In this document: one piece after another, positions 48,334 through 61,893 of the stretch
How the letters are laid out: the number at the start of each line of letters is the position of its first letter
Numbering within the stretch: position 1 is the first letter of the stretch
Assembly (NCBI GenBank): GCA_000182565.2
Contig: KQ257456.1
Direction: 5' to 3' (one strand)
Length of the DNA: 64,000 nucleotides
Source: Spizellomyces punctatus DAOM BR117
Lineage: Eukaryota
The notes under the pieces: generated by a model
What the model was told of the DNA's origin: nothing
The model's input: the letters and a program-made list of their open reading frames with translations, nothing else
Databases searched by the model: none
Program-made: the position numbers and the translations under genes

Positions 48334-48972
48334 GATTCCGGTCTACTCGCGGGACTATGTTCAAAAAGTCCAAATCGCAGGTGCCGAGAGAGAGGAAGAA
48401 CAAGCTGGCATCTAATTCAACAAGGTCAAATAACATTCTGCTGCTGTGCCACTCCTTTACGCGAATCATTTTACGGTGGCTCAGTCATGTAACTGCTACT
48501 ACGACCTTCTTGGAGGTGCATTTGCACAATGCTTTGTCGTGAGCGTTTGCAACATGAGGACAAGTGATTTTGGGTCATTGGTTAGATCTTTTTGCCCCAT
48601 GTCAGCATCTTGGTTTATGCTTTAATGCCTTGTTGTCCGTAGGGGTTGAGTGTATTGACAGACAGGGTACAGTGTCGTCAAGTCATGGCGTGAACATGTT
48701 GAAAGGCAAAATGACGATTCTCCCTCTCACGGCTGCAGAGCTCGCAGTGCAGCACTGTAAGATGCATAGTGCAATGTATCTTATTTACATTCACGTTGCA
48801 TTTCGTTTGGAGGAAGATATCTGAATTGAGGTCCTTTTGCATGTAGCCGACATTCCAGTGCAATTAAATGCTTATGTCAGCACTCCGCGATCGTCTCAGC
48901 TAGATCGTAGAGTCTATACGGTACTGCATATTGGAATATTGGGCATATCAGAGAGTGCCATTGTGTTCCTTA

Positions 48973-51900
48973 ATGGCGGACTCGAGAAGACCACACAGGG
49001 AAGGCGATTCCAGGGCAGGTACGTTCAAGGGTATGATATTGATTCTCCTCAGCACTTTAAAAAGCATTGAATAACGCCTGGTGGAATCTCAGCTTCAAGC
49101 CATGGTAACCGTCCTCCTCCCATCTCACGTAAATCGTCGCTGGCAGGAGACGCCGGCATGACTTCCATGCTTCCTCCGGGAAGCACTGGTCGTCGACCAT
49201 CCACAATGCATGGTGATGCGGGAGTCCAAGGACGTCGCCCGTCTTCACAACCAGGAACACTTCCACATGACTCTGCAACTACCAATACTAAGCGCACAAC
49301 CGCCGTAGGAGATCCAATTCCCCAGACAACGTCTTTACCAGCACCGGGTGACCCGATAGCATCGCCGAACCGATCGGCCGTAGGAACTGCCATCTCAAAC
49401 TCTCGGGAGCACTTGATAGCAAAGACGTCTAGTAAGCAGTCAAATATGAATCTGATGCTGGACGATAACTTCTTCTATGACAAGTTGGCGTTCAAGCCAA
49501 GTGATGTTTCGGCGAAACAGATGGATGCAGCAAGCTTGTCCTTATTGTAAGTGGATGTGCAACCGACTTTATACGTAACAACAGTCTCATTTATCTCATA
49601 ATTGTACAGTTATTCCTTTGGCTTCGAGTCGCATCGTCGAAATAACTTACACTACTTGAATGAACACACTGTCGCCACCGTTGTTGGCAATGTTCTAGTG
49701 TTCCTGAACTTGCGCACGTTGGACCAGGACTACATGCCTGGCTTGCGGGATGGTGCGATTGGGTCAATAGCGGTAAGCAGCTGACAATTGGACCCAGATG
49801 TAACCTTGGTAGCTAAACCATTATCTCAACCAATAGGTCCATCCTTCTCACCGCTACATTGCTGTTGCCGAAATATCCTACGAATCTCCCAACATCTACA
49901 TCTTCGAGTATCCCTCCCTTCAACTCTATCGAGTCCTTCGCCAGGGTGCCGAGCGTGGCTTTTCTGACATTTGCTTCAACAATCAAGGCGACAAACTTGC
50001 AAGTGTTGGAATGGACCCGGACTACATGCTCACTCTCTGGGATTGGAAACAAGAAAAGATTGTTTTGAGAAGCAAGGCATTTTCGCAGGTAGGTAGTATA
50101 GAACTATTTGTGATTTTCCTCTTCAATATGGCCAACCATCCCCCAGGATGTATATAGTGTTGCGTTCTCTCCCGACACGGATGGCCAGCTCACAACATCT
50201 GGAATGGGTCACATAAAGTTTTGGCGAATGGCAAGCACATTCACCGGGCTCAAGCTGCAAGGATACATTGGCAAATTTGGCTTAACTGAACTCACCGATA
50301 TCGCAACATTTGTTCAACTCCCTGACGGCAAAGTCCTTTCCAGCACTGAAACAGGCAATTTGCTTTTGTGGGACGGAGGAATGATCAAGTGCGAGATTGC
50401 GGGCAAAGGCAAAAAACCTTGTCATCAGGGCCGAGTTGAGGTGATTCTGCTGGTGGAGGGAGAGATCTTCACTGCGGGGGAGGACGGCTATATTCGGGTT
50501 TGGGATTTTGAAACAATCGATACGGCGGACGTAGTCAGTGCACCGTCTGGGAGTCAAGCTTCTGCCAGTACGCCGGAGAGCGGGGCAGCGGTCGGTGCGG
50601 CAGCGGGCCAGGCGCGAGTATTTGAAATGGAACCTATTGACGAAATCTTGATAGGAAAAGACGTTAAGGTATGTCTGTTTTCATTACTGCCATGTGCTCC
50701 CTTGATGAACATTGGACCTTCCTTCATTGCAAAAGATCAAAACAATGATTAAATCAATGGGGGCGACGACGGAATATCTCGTGCAAGATCAATTGGGGCA
50801 TTTGTTCAAAGTGGATACTCAAAAAAGGTCTGCTGAGAAAATCGTGTCATTTCACTCGGGAGGTATAGCGGGCGTAGATACAAGTCCACTTGGGCACTCC
50901 ATGGTCAGTCTCGGGATGGACGGTACCTTGCGAACATACGACTACATTACCAAAACCCTGGCTGGGATGACAAAATATCCAAGTGGCGGTACAGCTTTGG
51001 TATATCTTCCCGAGGTAAAGTTCAATCTCGCATATTGTCTCGTCTCTACGAGCGTAAATCTTGAACTGTCTTTTTGCAGACTTTAGATGCGCGAGGCTGC
51101 ACATTGGCGGCAGGATTCTCAGATGGAGTCTTACGAATCATCTCCCATACACCACTGAACGTTGGTGGGGGTAACATTGCCTTCGACCTTCAGTATGTTT
51201 TCAAACCTCATAATGGTTCTATATCTTCGATTGGCATCTCCGCCGACGGAACTTGGCTCGCAAGTACATCAACCGACAAAACTGTTTTCTTTTTTAAAAT
51301 CAATTCTGAAATGCCTCCCATGGTCAATGAAGAGCAGCCCCCGGTCATCTTTTCTCCAAAATTCGTGAAACTTATACCGATCGGATTCCTGCCAGTGGCA
51401 GCCGTTCCCACCAAACTCTCGTTTTCTCCGGACAACCATCTGAATATAGACGAGATTGAGCCTGTGGAAGACGACGGTTTTAATGACCATGAGATCAAGG
51501 GAGATGGGGACGTGAGGGACGAGGAAATTGAAGGAAAGCGGGCTTTTATGATATTGGAAACTGGCGAGCTTTTATCTATGATCGTTCCCCTGCCAGAATC
51601 CGTTGACAATAGTTTGACATTCGAGCTGAAGCCTGAGCAACTGCAAATCAAACGATGGACACTGAGTGTACCTACTGCAGCTCCAACTCCTGCTGCAACT
51701 GCTGCCGCCCAGGAAGCTCGAGCGAGTGGTGGCATAGATGCAGACCAGGATGCCTCAGCAGAAGCCAAAACAGTGGAGTCACCTGAAGAACCCGAAAGTA
51801 TCAGTGGAAGACTAACGTCCGCCGCGCGCAAAAAACATGGTTTGGTCATTGAGGACGAATCTCCCATCACAAATGTGATGTATCTCGAAGGCGGATACTT

Positions 51901-54900
51901 TCTGATAGCTCTCCAAAACAAAGACGGAGAGTACGAAATACGGGCGTGCAAATATAGAACACCCAAGCAAAGCAGGTTTGTTATTGTTACCATCAATTTG
52001 AGCAAAGAAACCTCCCAGAGTAACAATCGATAATTCTAAGGTTGGTCCTGGTCTACAAGGCACCATTTACGGACATGCGTCTGTCAACTTCCGGGAAGTA
52101 CCTCCTTGCGGGTGCAACAGATGGGATGACGTGCATACGCAAGTTCCGCCTGGAGGATATCCTTCTGTATCGATGGACTGGGGGACACGAAGTATATGCA
52201 CGATATTCGCAAGCCTTTGATGAAGAAGAAGCCAGTGCAGCCGCGCGACGTGCAACAGAGCAAGCAGCTATAGTCGAAGAACCTGACTCTACAGACGATT
52301 TAACCCGAACAGTAGATGTACCCGGCCAATATTGGTTCGGTCATGCACATAATAGCAAGAACGGGAGAATTACCAGTGTGGCCGCCACCTTTGATGATGC
52401 GTTCTTTGCGACTGCAGGAGCAGATGGCGGCTTATTCGTGTGGAGAGTTAGCATGGAAGATATCAAGAGCAGCGAAGGTGATCTGTCAGTGACAAACGTA
52501 CGAATCTCATATGGATTCTCACCAATCGCTTTTTAAACAGCCTATGAAGGTTCCGAATTGCTCGAGATCGATCAAGGGAACATGATAGATGACATCGTTG
52601 ACTCCAACGCCTATTCCCTGCAAGAAGCCAAAGTCAAATCCGAAAAAGATAAAGAAATCGAGGACGCAGAGAACAAGAAGCAGGTACAACCATGAGTACG
52701 GTACTATGTGAACTAGTGAGCATTGACGGTACTGTCGTTTTTCCTCTTTCTAGGTGACGAGAGACGACATCCAAGAACTACGCAACGAGTTCTTGAAACT
52801 AGTGGCAGAAAACGAAAAGGCCCCTCCCGAGCAACAAATAGCACGCACGGCTTTGACGATAGATCCCGATCTTCAAGCCGACATAGAGCGCGAATCCGAA
52901 GAGAAAATCCGTCTAGTCCGCAAGGAACTCGAATGGATCTCTGAGAAAGAATCTATCATCCCAAACAAATTACGCAAAACTTTCTTGGACGTTCTTCAGA
53001 CTGAGCGTATTGAGATACGGGCATTCAAGGTTTGGAATGTTTAAGCGTTGATGGTGACCAACGCGACGTCCAAGCTTATCGTCTCATGTTTTAACTAGGC
53101 AAACCACATTGTCGCTACATTCCGTACAACCAAGCTAGAGCAATCCGTTGAGGTTGCGCTTCAACCCCTTTCGAGCGGTGACGGTCGACCTTCTAGGACT
53201 GTGGGATATGTACGTACCCTCGCTGTTCTCCAAGTCCATTTGATATCGACGCTCTAAAACTCCTCTGTTGCACAATGCAGGCGAGGGAGCATTCTGCCGG
53301 TCAAGCCCATAGAGGCGACATACCCGAGACAGTCTCACACGAATCTATGAATCCGTCCAAAAAAGCCGAAAAGGTTAGTGCTATCAGTGACTTTCCAGCA
53401 CAGAACTGAACTAACCCGCTAGCTATGCGACAGCCCACGGATGCTAAAAGCAAGCTAGAAGCCCGCAAACAACTCCGGGCGGAGCGTGCTAGTATGTGGA
53501 AGGAGCTTATGGACGCCAAGCCTGACGAGAGTTACGAAGACCCTCGAGACGTAGCAGCAATCCGATATGCTGAGCAGCATATGGGGGATTACAAACTTAA
53601 GACTGGAGAAAAATACATCGTACCGGAGAGTGAGAGAGTTGATGCTGATAAGAAGCGGAGACAGATTTTATTGCTCAAAGAGAGCGTATTCTCGTTGAAA
53701 GAGGTAAACGGTGCACCGTGAGAATCACTTGGTTTTTCTTATACCTGCATCTGGAACTGGGTTTCTCCTTCAGCATTTCAATCAAAAAGTTTTGAACCTT
53801 CGGGACCGTAAAAAGTTTCTGGTCGAGCAAGTTGATATTCAAAATCGTCAGCTTGAAGAAATCAACACAGAACTGGTTACTCTTGGAGTACCTATCGAGG
53901 ACAAGTTGTGGACTCCCACAATGGAGGTTCGTTACTGATCAGCGTATAGATCTTTGCTTCTGAGCGTCCTCAAATTTGTCAAACCTTTTCTCAGGCATCC
54001 GCTTACCCAGAAAACCGATATAAAGTAACAGCAGCGGATATTGCTCAATTCCAAAAAGAAGACGCACAAGCTGTCAGCGCTGCAAGAGGAAACCAGGACG
54101 ATCTAATGGGAGGTTTCGGTAGCTCTGCAGTTCAAACCAAAGAGGCAGCACCTACTGGTGCCGCAACCATTGCAAAGAGTCGGCCCACGACCCAACAACA
54201 CCCTCCTCTTTCTAGGGGAGCCAGTGCGATTGGAATGGGACTGCCACCAGATTCCAGACCAGTTAGTGAGGCTCCTGCCCTTACCAGGACTGCTAGCGAT
54301 GCGGAGACTGCACAGCAGAAGTCACCTTTGGAAATTAGGGAACAGGAGATTAGACAGAAGGAGTTGGTATACAAGAAGAAGAAAATTGTTTCGGTGCGAC
54401 AGGATTTTCTATGGAATTCGTGAAGACCAATGTAACATGTCGGCATTACACTCTCTCTAGGCAATCGATCAAGCAATCAAGAGTTTTGACACCTCACTTG
54501 ACAGACTGGTGAAAGAGAAGGTTGTCCTTGAAGCAGGTGAGCGCTCTCGATGCTCGTCACGAGCTTTTCCGAGCGTTTCCGTTCTTAACTGATACGGAAC
54601 CTCTCAGATCTCAAATCCGCGGACATGAAGCTCCTCCTTCTGTACAGAGAATGGGTACTCCTCAAAGAATTCGAAAAGCACGATCGACACTTGGCGGACA
54701 AATTAACACAGAAGCGAAACGAAAAAGACGAGATAGATGGCAAGGTTGGAAATATATCTGGTAACTGTTAGCCTGAACATAACTGACATCATTGTTAGAT
54801 CAAGGAATGTCAAGAGAAGCTTAACGCCAAAAAGTCTGAAATCGAGCAGGTTATCAAAAAAGAAAAAGAAGTCCAAGAAGAATTCCGTAAGACTCTGGGA

Positions 54901-56644
54901 GAGAATAATCGGTATGAGGAATTCTTGACCAGAGTTTTCAGGAAGAAAATTAAGCGAAGCAAGGTAACTGAACAAATTCATGGTCCACAAGTTTAATCTG
55001 TATCTGACACTTGGCATCAAAAATGCACAGAAAAAGTCCAAACCAGAGGGAACGGCTTCCAAAGGAGAAGGCTCCAATGAGGACGAGGATGAAGTTGAGG
55101 AAGAAGAGGACATGGATGAAGATGAAGACGACATGGATGACTATGATGATGAAGAATCAGTCACATCCGAAAATGATTTGGAGGGCGGTGAAGAATGCCC
55201 ACCCGATTACGATAAGGCTTCATTTGCCAGAGTGTTAGAGTTGAGAGAAGAAAGGCTTGACCAGGAAGATATTTTAGCAGAGATACAAAAAGCTGTTGAG
55301 GTCTGTATCGACTTCTTGACTAAAGGAAGAATTATGATTTTAAATGTATGGCGGTGCAATGTTATAGGTCCTCAAGAAGGAAAACGATGCCCTTATCAAA
55401 AAAGAGAAAATTATTGATATGGCCCTGCGCACCACAGAGAGCGAAATTCAAGAGTTCCAAACACAAAAGCAGCAAAAACTAAACGAACTCGATGTCGTGG
55501 TAGGCATACTGGCAAACCCCCTCTAATCCAAATACCCCAATGCAAATCTTTTACACTATCCTTCTTGCAATGCATTAGGTTCCTTTGCGCCTCCATCAGA
55601 TGCAATACCTGGAGCGCAATACCCTGCCAACGGACTTGTCTCCAGCTCTGGTATTTGTCAATGAAGGGTTGTCTAAATTACGGAACCGTATCAAGGAGCT
55701 CCAGCAAGTAAGCTTTCTATTGTAACATCCCTATCAAATGATACAAACGCTAAAATCGCCTGACTTGTGATTAGGAAAAAGCGGATATCCGGAAACAGCA
55801 CAAGGAATTAAGGAAGATGCACGTGAACCTCATCAAAAGCCGAAAGGAAAAGCAACTGAAGGTTAATCAATGAACCTTCACTCATTTTGCCATGCATTTT
55901 GCCGACTCGCTTTCTTTTTTTGAAGCTGCAAGAGCTAGAAGCGCGGGCAACAGACGTCCAGATGCTCAAATTCGGTCATATCATCGATTTGGAAAAATTG
56001 GAAAGAATGGGCGTGAACAAAGGTGCAGATGAATTGCGCGAGAAGCTTGCTAAGGAAGACGCAAAGCGCTTAAAGGAAGTCGAGGAATTGGAGGTGTGAT
56101 CCCTTCGTAAACGGTTTCGGTAGTGGGAACTAAAGATTTGCGTATGATCTTCCAGGTGCAATTGAACCGCCTAAAGGAAGAAATTACTGATGTTACAAGA
56201 GAGAACACAGTTCGGTTAGAGAGTCTTGTTGACCTGACCGACGCGCGACAGAAGCTTGAAGAGCAGCTCAATACCAGCCAGCTCTCCGCGGTAAGTGTTT
56301 CGAAACTTCCCTCGCTCAAGGCGAGCAGCAACTAAGGCAACACGGCCACCCACTAGACGGCAGAATACTCAGGTCCTCAACGAAAGGACGTGCAAGAACG
56401 GGAAAAATTAGTAACTTTGGTGCATACCCAAGCCCAAGAGATCGAGGATCTTAAACGGGAAATTGAACTGCTTATACGAAAACCCATGCGACACCTTCCC
56501 CCGGTCCTTCGAAGTCGCCTACAGACCCAATCGCAGGGACCCCCAGTACAAACCGGGGGGATGGCTACTGGGGAGGGAATCGTGTTCGGAGCCTTTGATG
56601 CACAGAGTGTACCAAATGCAGCAGAAGCAATTTCACAGGAATAA
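48973..56644 (+). CDS. CFAP44: Cilia- and flagella-associated protein 44 (WDR52); many exons
   Basis: YSFGFESHRRNNL, GHIKFWRMASTFTGLKLQGYIGKFG, GNLLLWDGGMIKCEI, MGDYKLKT..YIVPE, VFRKKIKR, KQQKLNELDVVVPLRLHQ, LKFGHIIDLE. Confidence 0.93.
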
Positions 56645-56748
56645 ATATATCCATGAGTACAAGCCGCCAGCGCGGGCGCTGAGGCTAGGTATTTTATTTA
56701 ATAGTACTAGGACTGTTGGATGCGTAACTAGTTAATGGCTCTGTATGT

Positions 56749-58247
56749 TCAGACTGCACCTCTTTTAATCTGATCTATATCATCTAATGTCACAAGTGGT
56801 GATGCGCGGTCGAGCATCTCCTTCCTCAATCCGCGTTTGATAATGTCTATCGTTTCGCATGTTGACGGAAGTTCGATCGGAGGGCTTCCAAAATTTCGAC
56901 ATATTTATTATTACCCGAAACTTCGAAATCCATGAATGCATCATACCTTCCGTCATTTAAATGGATAGCACGAATCGGTAAAACAGCTCGCGATGTGCCT
57001 AACATCATGCTGGTCAGCGTATTACAAAACAGGCACTGATTGAGGAATTTCGACTCACTTGTAATGAATGCTCCTAGCCAAGTGGCAGCCTCAGAAGCTT
57101 TCGGAAACTCAAACCGAAATTCGATGCTCTCCTGTTCACAAACATGTCGAACCATACGGAGAATCGTACCTAGCAGAACGTACTCCAATGGTGCACACGC
57201 CACGTAGGGTTTTCCCCCAGAAGAAGTGTCTGCTAGCACGGCGCAGAAGTTCGATGTCAGTCCCTCGTAAATGTTAAGATGCGGATCCGTTAGAATGACT
57301 TCATTGATGGTTGGAGACAAATATTTTTCTAATGCAGAGCGGTCGCTGGATATGTGGAATAAGCATGTGCTAACCGCACACTACACGAGTGATGACCCAC
57401 TCACGCAACCCATCGGGAATCTTTCGCGGTGGCATTCTTTCTTGGCATGCCGTAAACTATAACATCCGTTTTCTCCGCTTTAGGTTGGATGAGTTCATCG
57501 CAGTGTGCAACCAGCTTTGCACCTTCCTAATGCGAGGATACGAGATACCAGCGTTGGATATGGCAAGTAAAAAGCGCAATCAAGAAAGAGTTCCATACTT
57601 TTGGAGAATATGTTATGAGCACGGTCACTTTAGCCTCGATTTGTCCAACAACTCGAGATGCAGATGAGGCCAGCCATTCTGCCAAAGCCTTCTTCATCAA
57701 TGGTACAACAAATTTTGGTAGTTCTTCAGGATTCCGGAAAGGAGACATGGCTTCGACAACAACCGCAGGCTCAGCCGGCTCACTTTCACCAGTGACTACC
57801 GGGCATGTGACGATTTGGCCACTGTCAACGTCATCTTCTGGCGGTGGGATTGTGAATTTGATATCACTAACGGAGGAGCATAGGCGCGAAAGATGTGCGG
57901 GAAGATCAAGGAGATACACAGTGTTTAAGGTGCGTCCGGCAGTGTATGCACCTGCGAGAAAGTGAGACGTGGTGCAAAAGGCGTTTGAGAGCTGGAAATG
58001 GCTGACCAGGTGGATATTGCAAAAGAAATCCTTTGGCTGTGTCATTCGTGAACCGAGTCGTAAAGATGGGAAGGTTCAGAGACAGAGCAGCCTCACACTG
58101 TTCGCCAGTTACGCCTGGCTTGAGTTCAACAACAACTGTGTAACGAGCAAAGTGAGGGCCTGACGCCGGTCAACGGCCACTAAGTACGCCTAATTGTCAG
58201 CCCTGCTTACCCGCCTTCCAAAGCTTCGCGCTCTCCCCGGAAGACAT
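56749..58247 (-). CDS. Class IV (D-amino-acid aminotransferase-like) PLP-fold protein; multi-exon
   Basis: Spliced FLLQYPPGAYTAGRT..DLPAHLSRL, PRKNATAKDSRWV (candidate PLP lysine), IYEGLTSNF, VLLGTILRMV, GAFITSTSRAVLPI. Confidence 0.8.
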
Positions 58248-58614
58248 TAGAGATTGTGCTGACGATCTGCAAAGTTGGTTGACGGCTGGTGACGAGACAA
58301 AAAAGCACGTGATCCGTGCTAATGGGCTTCGGGATGTTCGTCAGTTGAGAAGCCTACGGCCGTCAAAAGAAGCTTTACGCAGTGCGAAGCAACGGCAGGC
58401 TCTGGATCCTTGACAAGAAGACGACGCCGGCGACAATGAACCTCGTCGTCTGCAGCCTGGTTTGTTTATATTCGATGTGATTACATAAGCGAGATCCTGG
58501 TGACTCATCAGCCATCGAGTTGCTGGTCGTTGGGCTGCAGACAATTTGGATGTCCCACTTAACCTTTTGAATCCTCCCAAACACCAGAAGCGCAGCTGCT
58601 GTGGAAAATCTGGC

Positions 58615-61159
58615 ATGTCAGAACTTTATAACTCGACACCACAGCGAGAGAGTGATTCTCATTCACTCTTGAAGTCATCGGTTCTCGCTTCCTCTGTTGC
58701 GGTGACCACACCCGTTGGAACACAACCAGAAGTAGCAAATATTGAGGAGAGCGTGGTGTTGGGGAGAAAGGATTCTTCTACTTCTACCCCTAGACCATTG
58801 GCTGAGAACGAGAGTTGTGATGCATCTGGCGAGACGGAGGCACAACCTCCTGAACGTTCGCAAACTCCATTGGATCAACGTCGAAGAAGGTAGGTTGGAA
58901 GTTTGTAACTCTACTTGTCGGAAGTGCGAGTGGTTAAGTCTTTTCATTTTTCTGAAACAGCTTGCTTACCATTGCCGCCAATCAAGTTCATATTGGTGCC
59001 CACGAACATTCTATACGACCAACTGAAGGGATTTTCAATGCGCAGGAAGAGCGTATCAGAGAAGTAAGCAGTCCGTAAATATCAGGAGTGGCAGTGCATA
59101 AAGGAGCATCTGAGACTCACCTGGGGTTTCCAAGGATATCATTCGGATGATTGTACAATACCTTCATGATGAAGGTTATCATGCCTCCAAAATGACGGTA
59201 CTGGATGAAGCCAACGTCAAATCATATGAACGTGAAGAACGCCAATCTGATATTAGAAGAATGCGTAAAGCAGTGCTGGGTGGGTGCTTTTGCTGATGGT
59301 GGGTGCATTTATTGGTTCAACTTTCATCTCATTTATGTTATTGATTGGGTGCTGTCCTCTCTAACCTATTAGACGGCGATTGGGCAGAAGTTGACAGACT
59401 CTGTACAAAGACCCTAATGAAGAATCACAAGAGCTTTTTGTACGCTGCTTATAAGCAGCAATATCTGGAATACATCGAGTATCGGGAGATACAAAAGGTG
59501 CGATGCTACAGTAAAAAACCCGAAATGCTGGCGCCTGGTATCTGATTCCATATGAATAGGCATTCACTCACCTCAACAAACGGCTAAAGCCACTTGAGCA
59601 TTTGCAAACAACCCCGAATGAATTCAAGGATCTTTGCTATTTACTCACTGGAAAGTCGGTACACGACGCCCCGTCATTTAAAAACTGGGAAGGAATAGGT
59701 TCTGCAAGGTACCGTTGTGATGGTCAAGTTGTCACTGCGTCAGACTCCTGTGTACTTACCTGTCTCTATAGAGAGAAGCTCGCGGAGCACTTTCAGAACA
59801 TGGTGGATTTTGAAGCTACCGACCGTGAAGGTGTGGAGTGAAGCCCGTTGCTCGATATCGGCCATCATTGATAGATCTGTCTTTCTTGAGCAGGCTCTGT
59901 TTACGTTCCTCCGGAACGCTTACTCACTATGCTACGACAAGCCGTTGCCTATCAGATTGAGTCATCACGATACCATCCACGTATAGCTCCGCGCGTGACA
60001 ACGCTATTGGAGGATTACCATTCCCTCATTATCCCGAATGCCGTACGAAGTATATTTAGTGGACACAAAGGAAACGTCAAGTGCGTCGAGTTCATTGGCG
60101 AGGAGGGCTTGTCTATTGTATCTGGCTCAAGTGACAATACTTGTCGAGTGTGGGATACAGAAACTGGAGAATGCCAAGCAGTTCTCGAAGGACATACGTC
60201 ACGTATTTGGGACGTAGCATCGAGTAAGACTGGGTCGACGCTTGCCAGTGCATCTGGAGATGGGACCGTAAGACTTTGGGACGTGAAGCAGAACAAGACC
60301 CAATGTTTATCCACATTTGAAGAGGGTAGCGGGGATGTTTATTCCGTCAAATTCCATCCTGCTGGTCGACACATTGCTACGGGCGGTTACGATAAGATTG
60401 TCAGATTGTACGACATTGAACGCGGTGCCGTAGTGAAGACATTTGCCGGGCACCAGCTCTCGGTGTCTCAAACAATATTTAGTCCTGTTGGGAACCTAAT
60501 CATCAGTGGATCAAAGGACAATACGATCAAATTTTGGGACATAGTATCAGGTAGGAGAATATGCGTAATCCTTTCCGCTGGGCGCTACCTGTCCGATTCC
60601 TGGTGTAAAACTGGCATCTTTTCCAGGTCTATGCATTAGAACTATTACGTCCCACCTGGGAGAGGTTACCTCTGTGGAGATGAGTTCAAACGGCACCCTA
60701 TTGCTAAGTAGTTCAAAGGATAACTCAAATAGGTTATGGGATGTCCGCATGGTAGGCAAACCACGACTCGGTTTCAATGTTGAGAATGTTAATATTATTC
60801 TGTCGGATGCTCCAGCTTCGACCGATACGAAAGTTTAAGGGCCACCAAAACACGTCCAAGAACTTTGTGAGGGCTGGATTTGCCGGCGATGCCCTAGTGG
60901 TGGGCGGTTCTGAGGTGCGGTAATCCTTAGTCAACCGCTTATAAAACGTAAAAAATGCTGAATTTCGTTATTGCAGGACGGTATTGTATATATATGGGAC
61001 GCTGCTAAAGGCGACATCCTTCAAACTCTTCGCGGCCATCAAGGCATAGTCTACAGTGCTGCATGGAATTCGCGACAGAGCTTGTTTGCCAGCTGTTCTG
61101 ATGATCGGACCGTACGGACGTGGTGGTTTGATCAGGCTCAACCGTTGTTCGGAGCTTGA
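58615..61159 (+). CDS. LisH/CTLH plus WD40-repeat protein; start uncertain
   Basis: LisH IIRMIVQYLHDEGYHAS, CTLH-like RKAVLDGDWAEV...KQQYLEYIE, PPERLLTMLRQAV, seven or more GH..WD repeats. Confidence 0.85.
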
Positions 61160-61893
61160 ATTGGTACAAGAGATTGTTGGGGAGCACCCTTTTCACCTTC
61201 TCCTTTTAGAATGTACATCATTTGGTCTCTTGGTGGGCCTATCCATTAAAATTATCGGGATAAAAAGTATTGTTTATGCTGACGCCAGCCGCGTTTCACC
61301 AGCTTGGTCACGTGTACGCAAGCGACAATGCGACCAGCAACTTCCGACATCCCGAACTTGACAAAAACGGGCCATCTCCACTACCAACAGGTCCTAGTGC
61401 AGGCTTAACTACACACATTACTGGCTTTATAAAGGGCTTGACGTGGTTCTCGTGGCCAAGGGTGCGGTTTGGTAACTTCCATTCGAACGACAGTTGAGAT
61501 AAACGCGGCAGGGATGGCCACAGCAACTTTCTGGGAGAATGGCAGTATAAACCTGCACTGGGACGTAAAGGGAAGCTCGGAGAAAGACTCGTTGCGACGG
61601 GCAAGCGTGGACAGCATTTCTGAGTAAGTGGACTGCGTCAAATTCAGGATGGGGATCTCTAGACCTTGGCACTTTAGAAGTTTGGGTTCGAATATTTGCA
61701 AAGGGCGCAAAAGTCAAATGGGCATGTTTGGTGGCATAGAGGCCTCCCAATCACCCAAAAATGCATTGCTGTCAGTTATAAGCCTCACCAGGCCCTTTTT
61801 GTACCTTGTCTTGAGTTGTACGGCTTCCATCTATACTTTCCTAAAGTTGTCTTCCTTTGTTTATCTTCGCTTAGCCATAAGCCCAACGACACC

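Noticed and set aside
48334-48972. RFX X-box upstream of CFAP44
   Set aside because: Only partial half-sites; no convincing GTNRCC-N0-3-RGYAAC.
51208-52026. Long antisense or alternate-frame ORFs over CFAP44, DENND6 (34956-35594), OAT (22114-22725) and RPS1 (47122-47640)
   Set aside because: Shadow frames of well-supported genes with no independent motifs.
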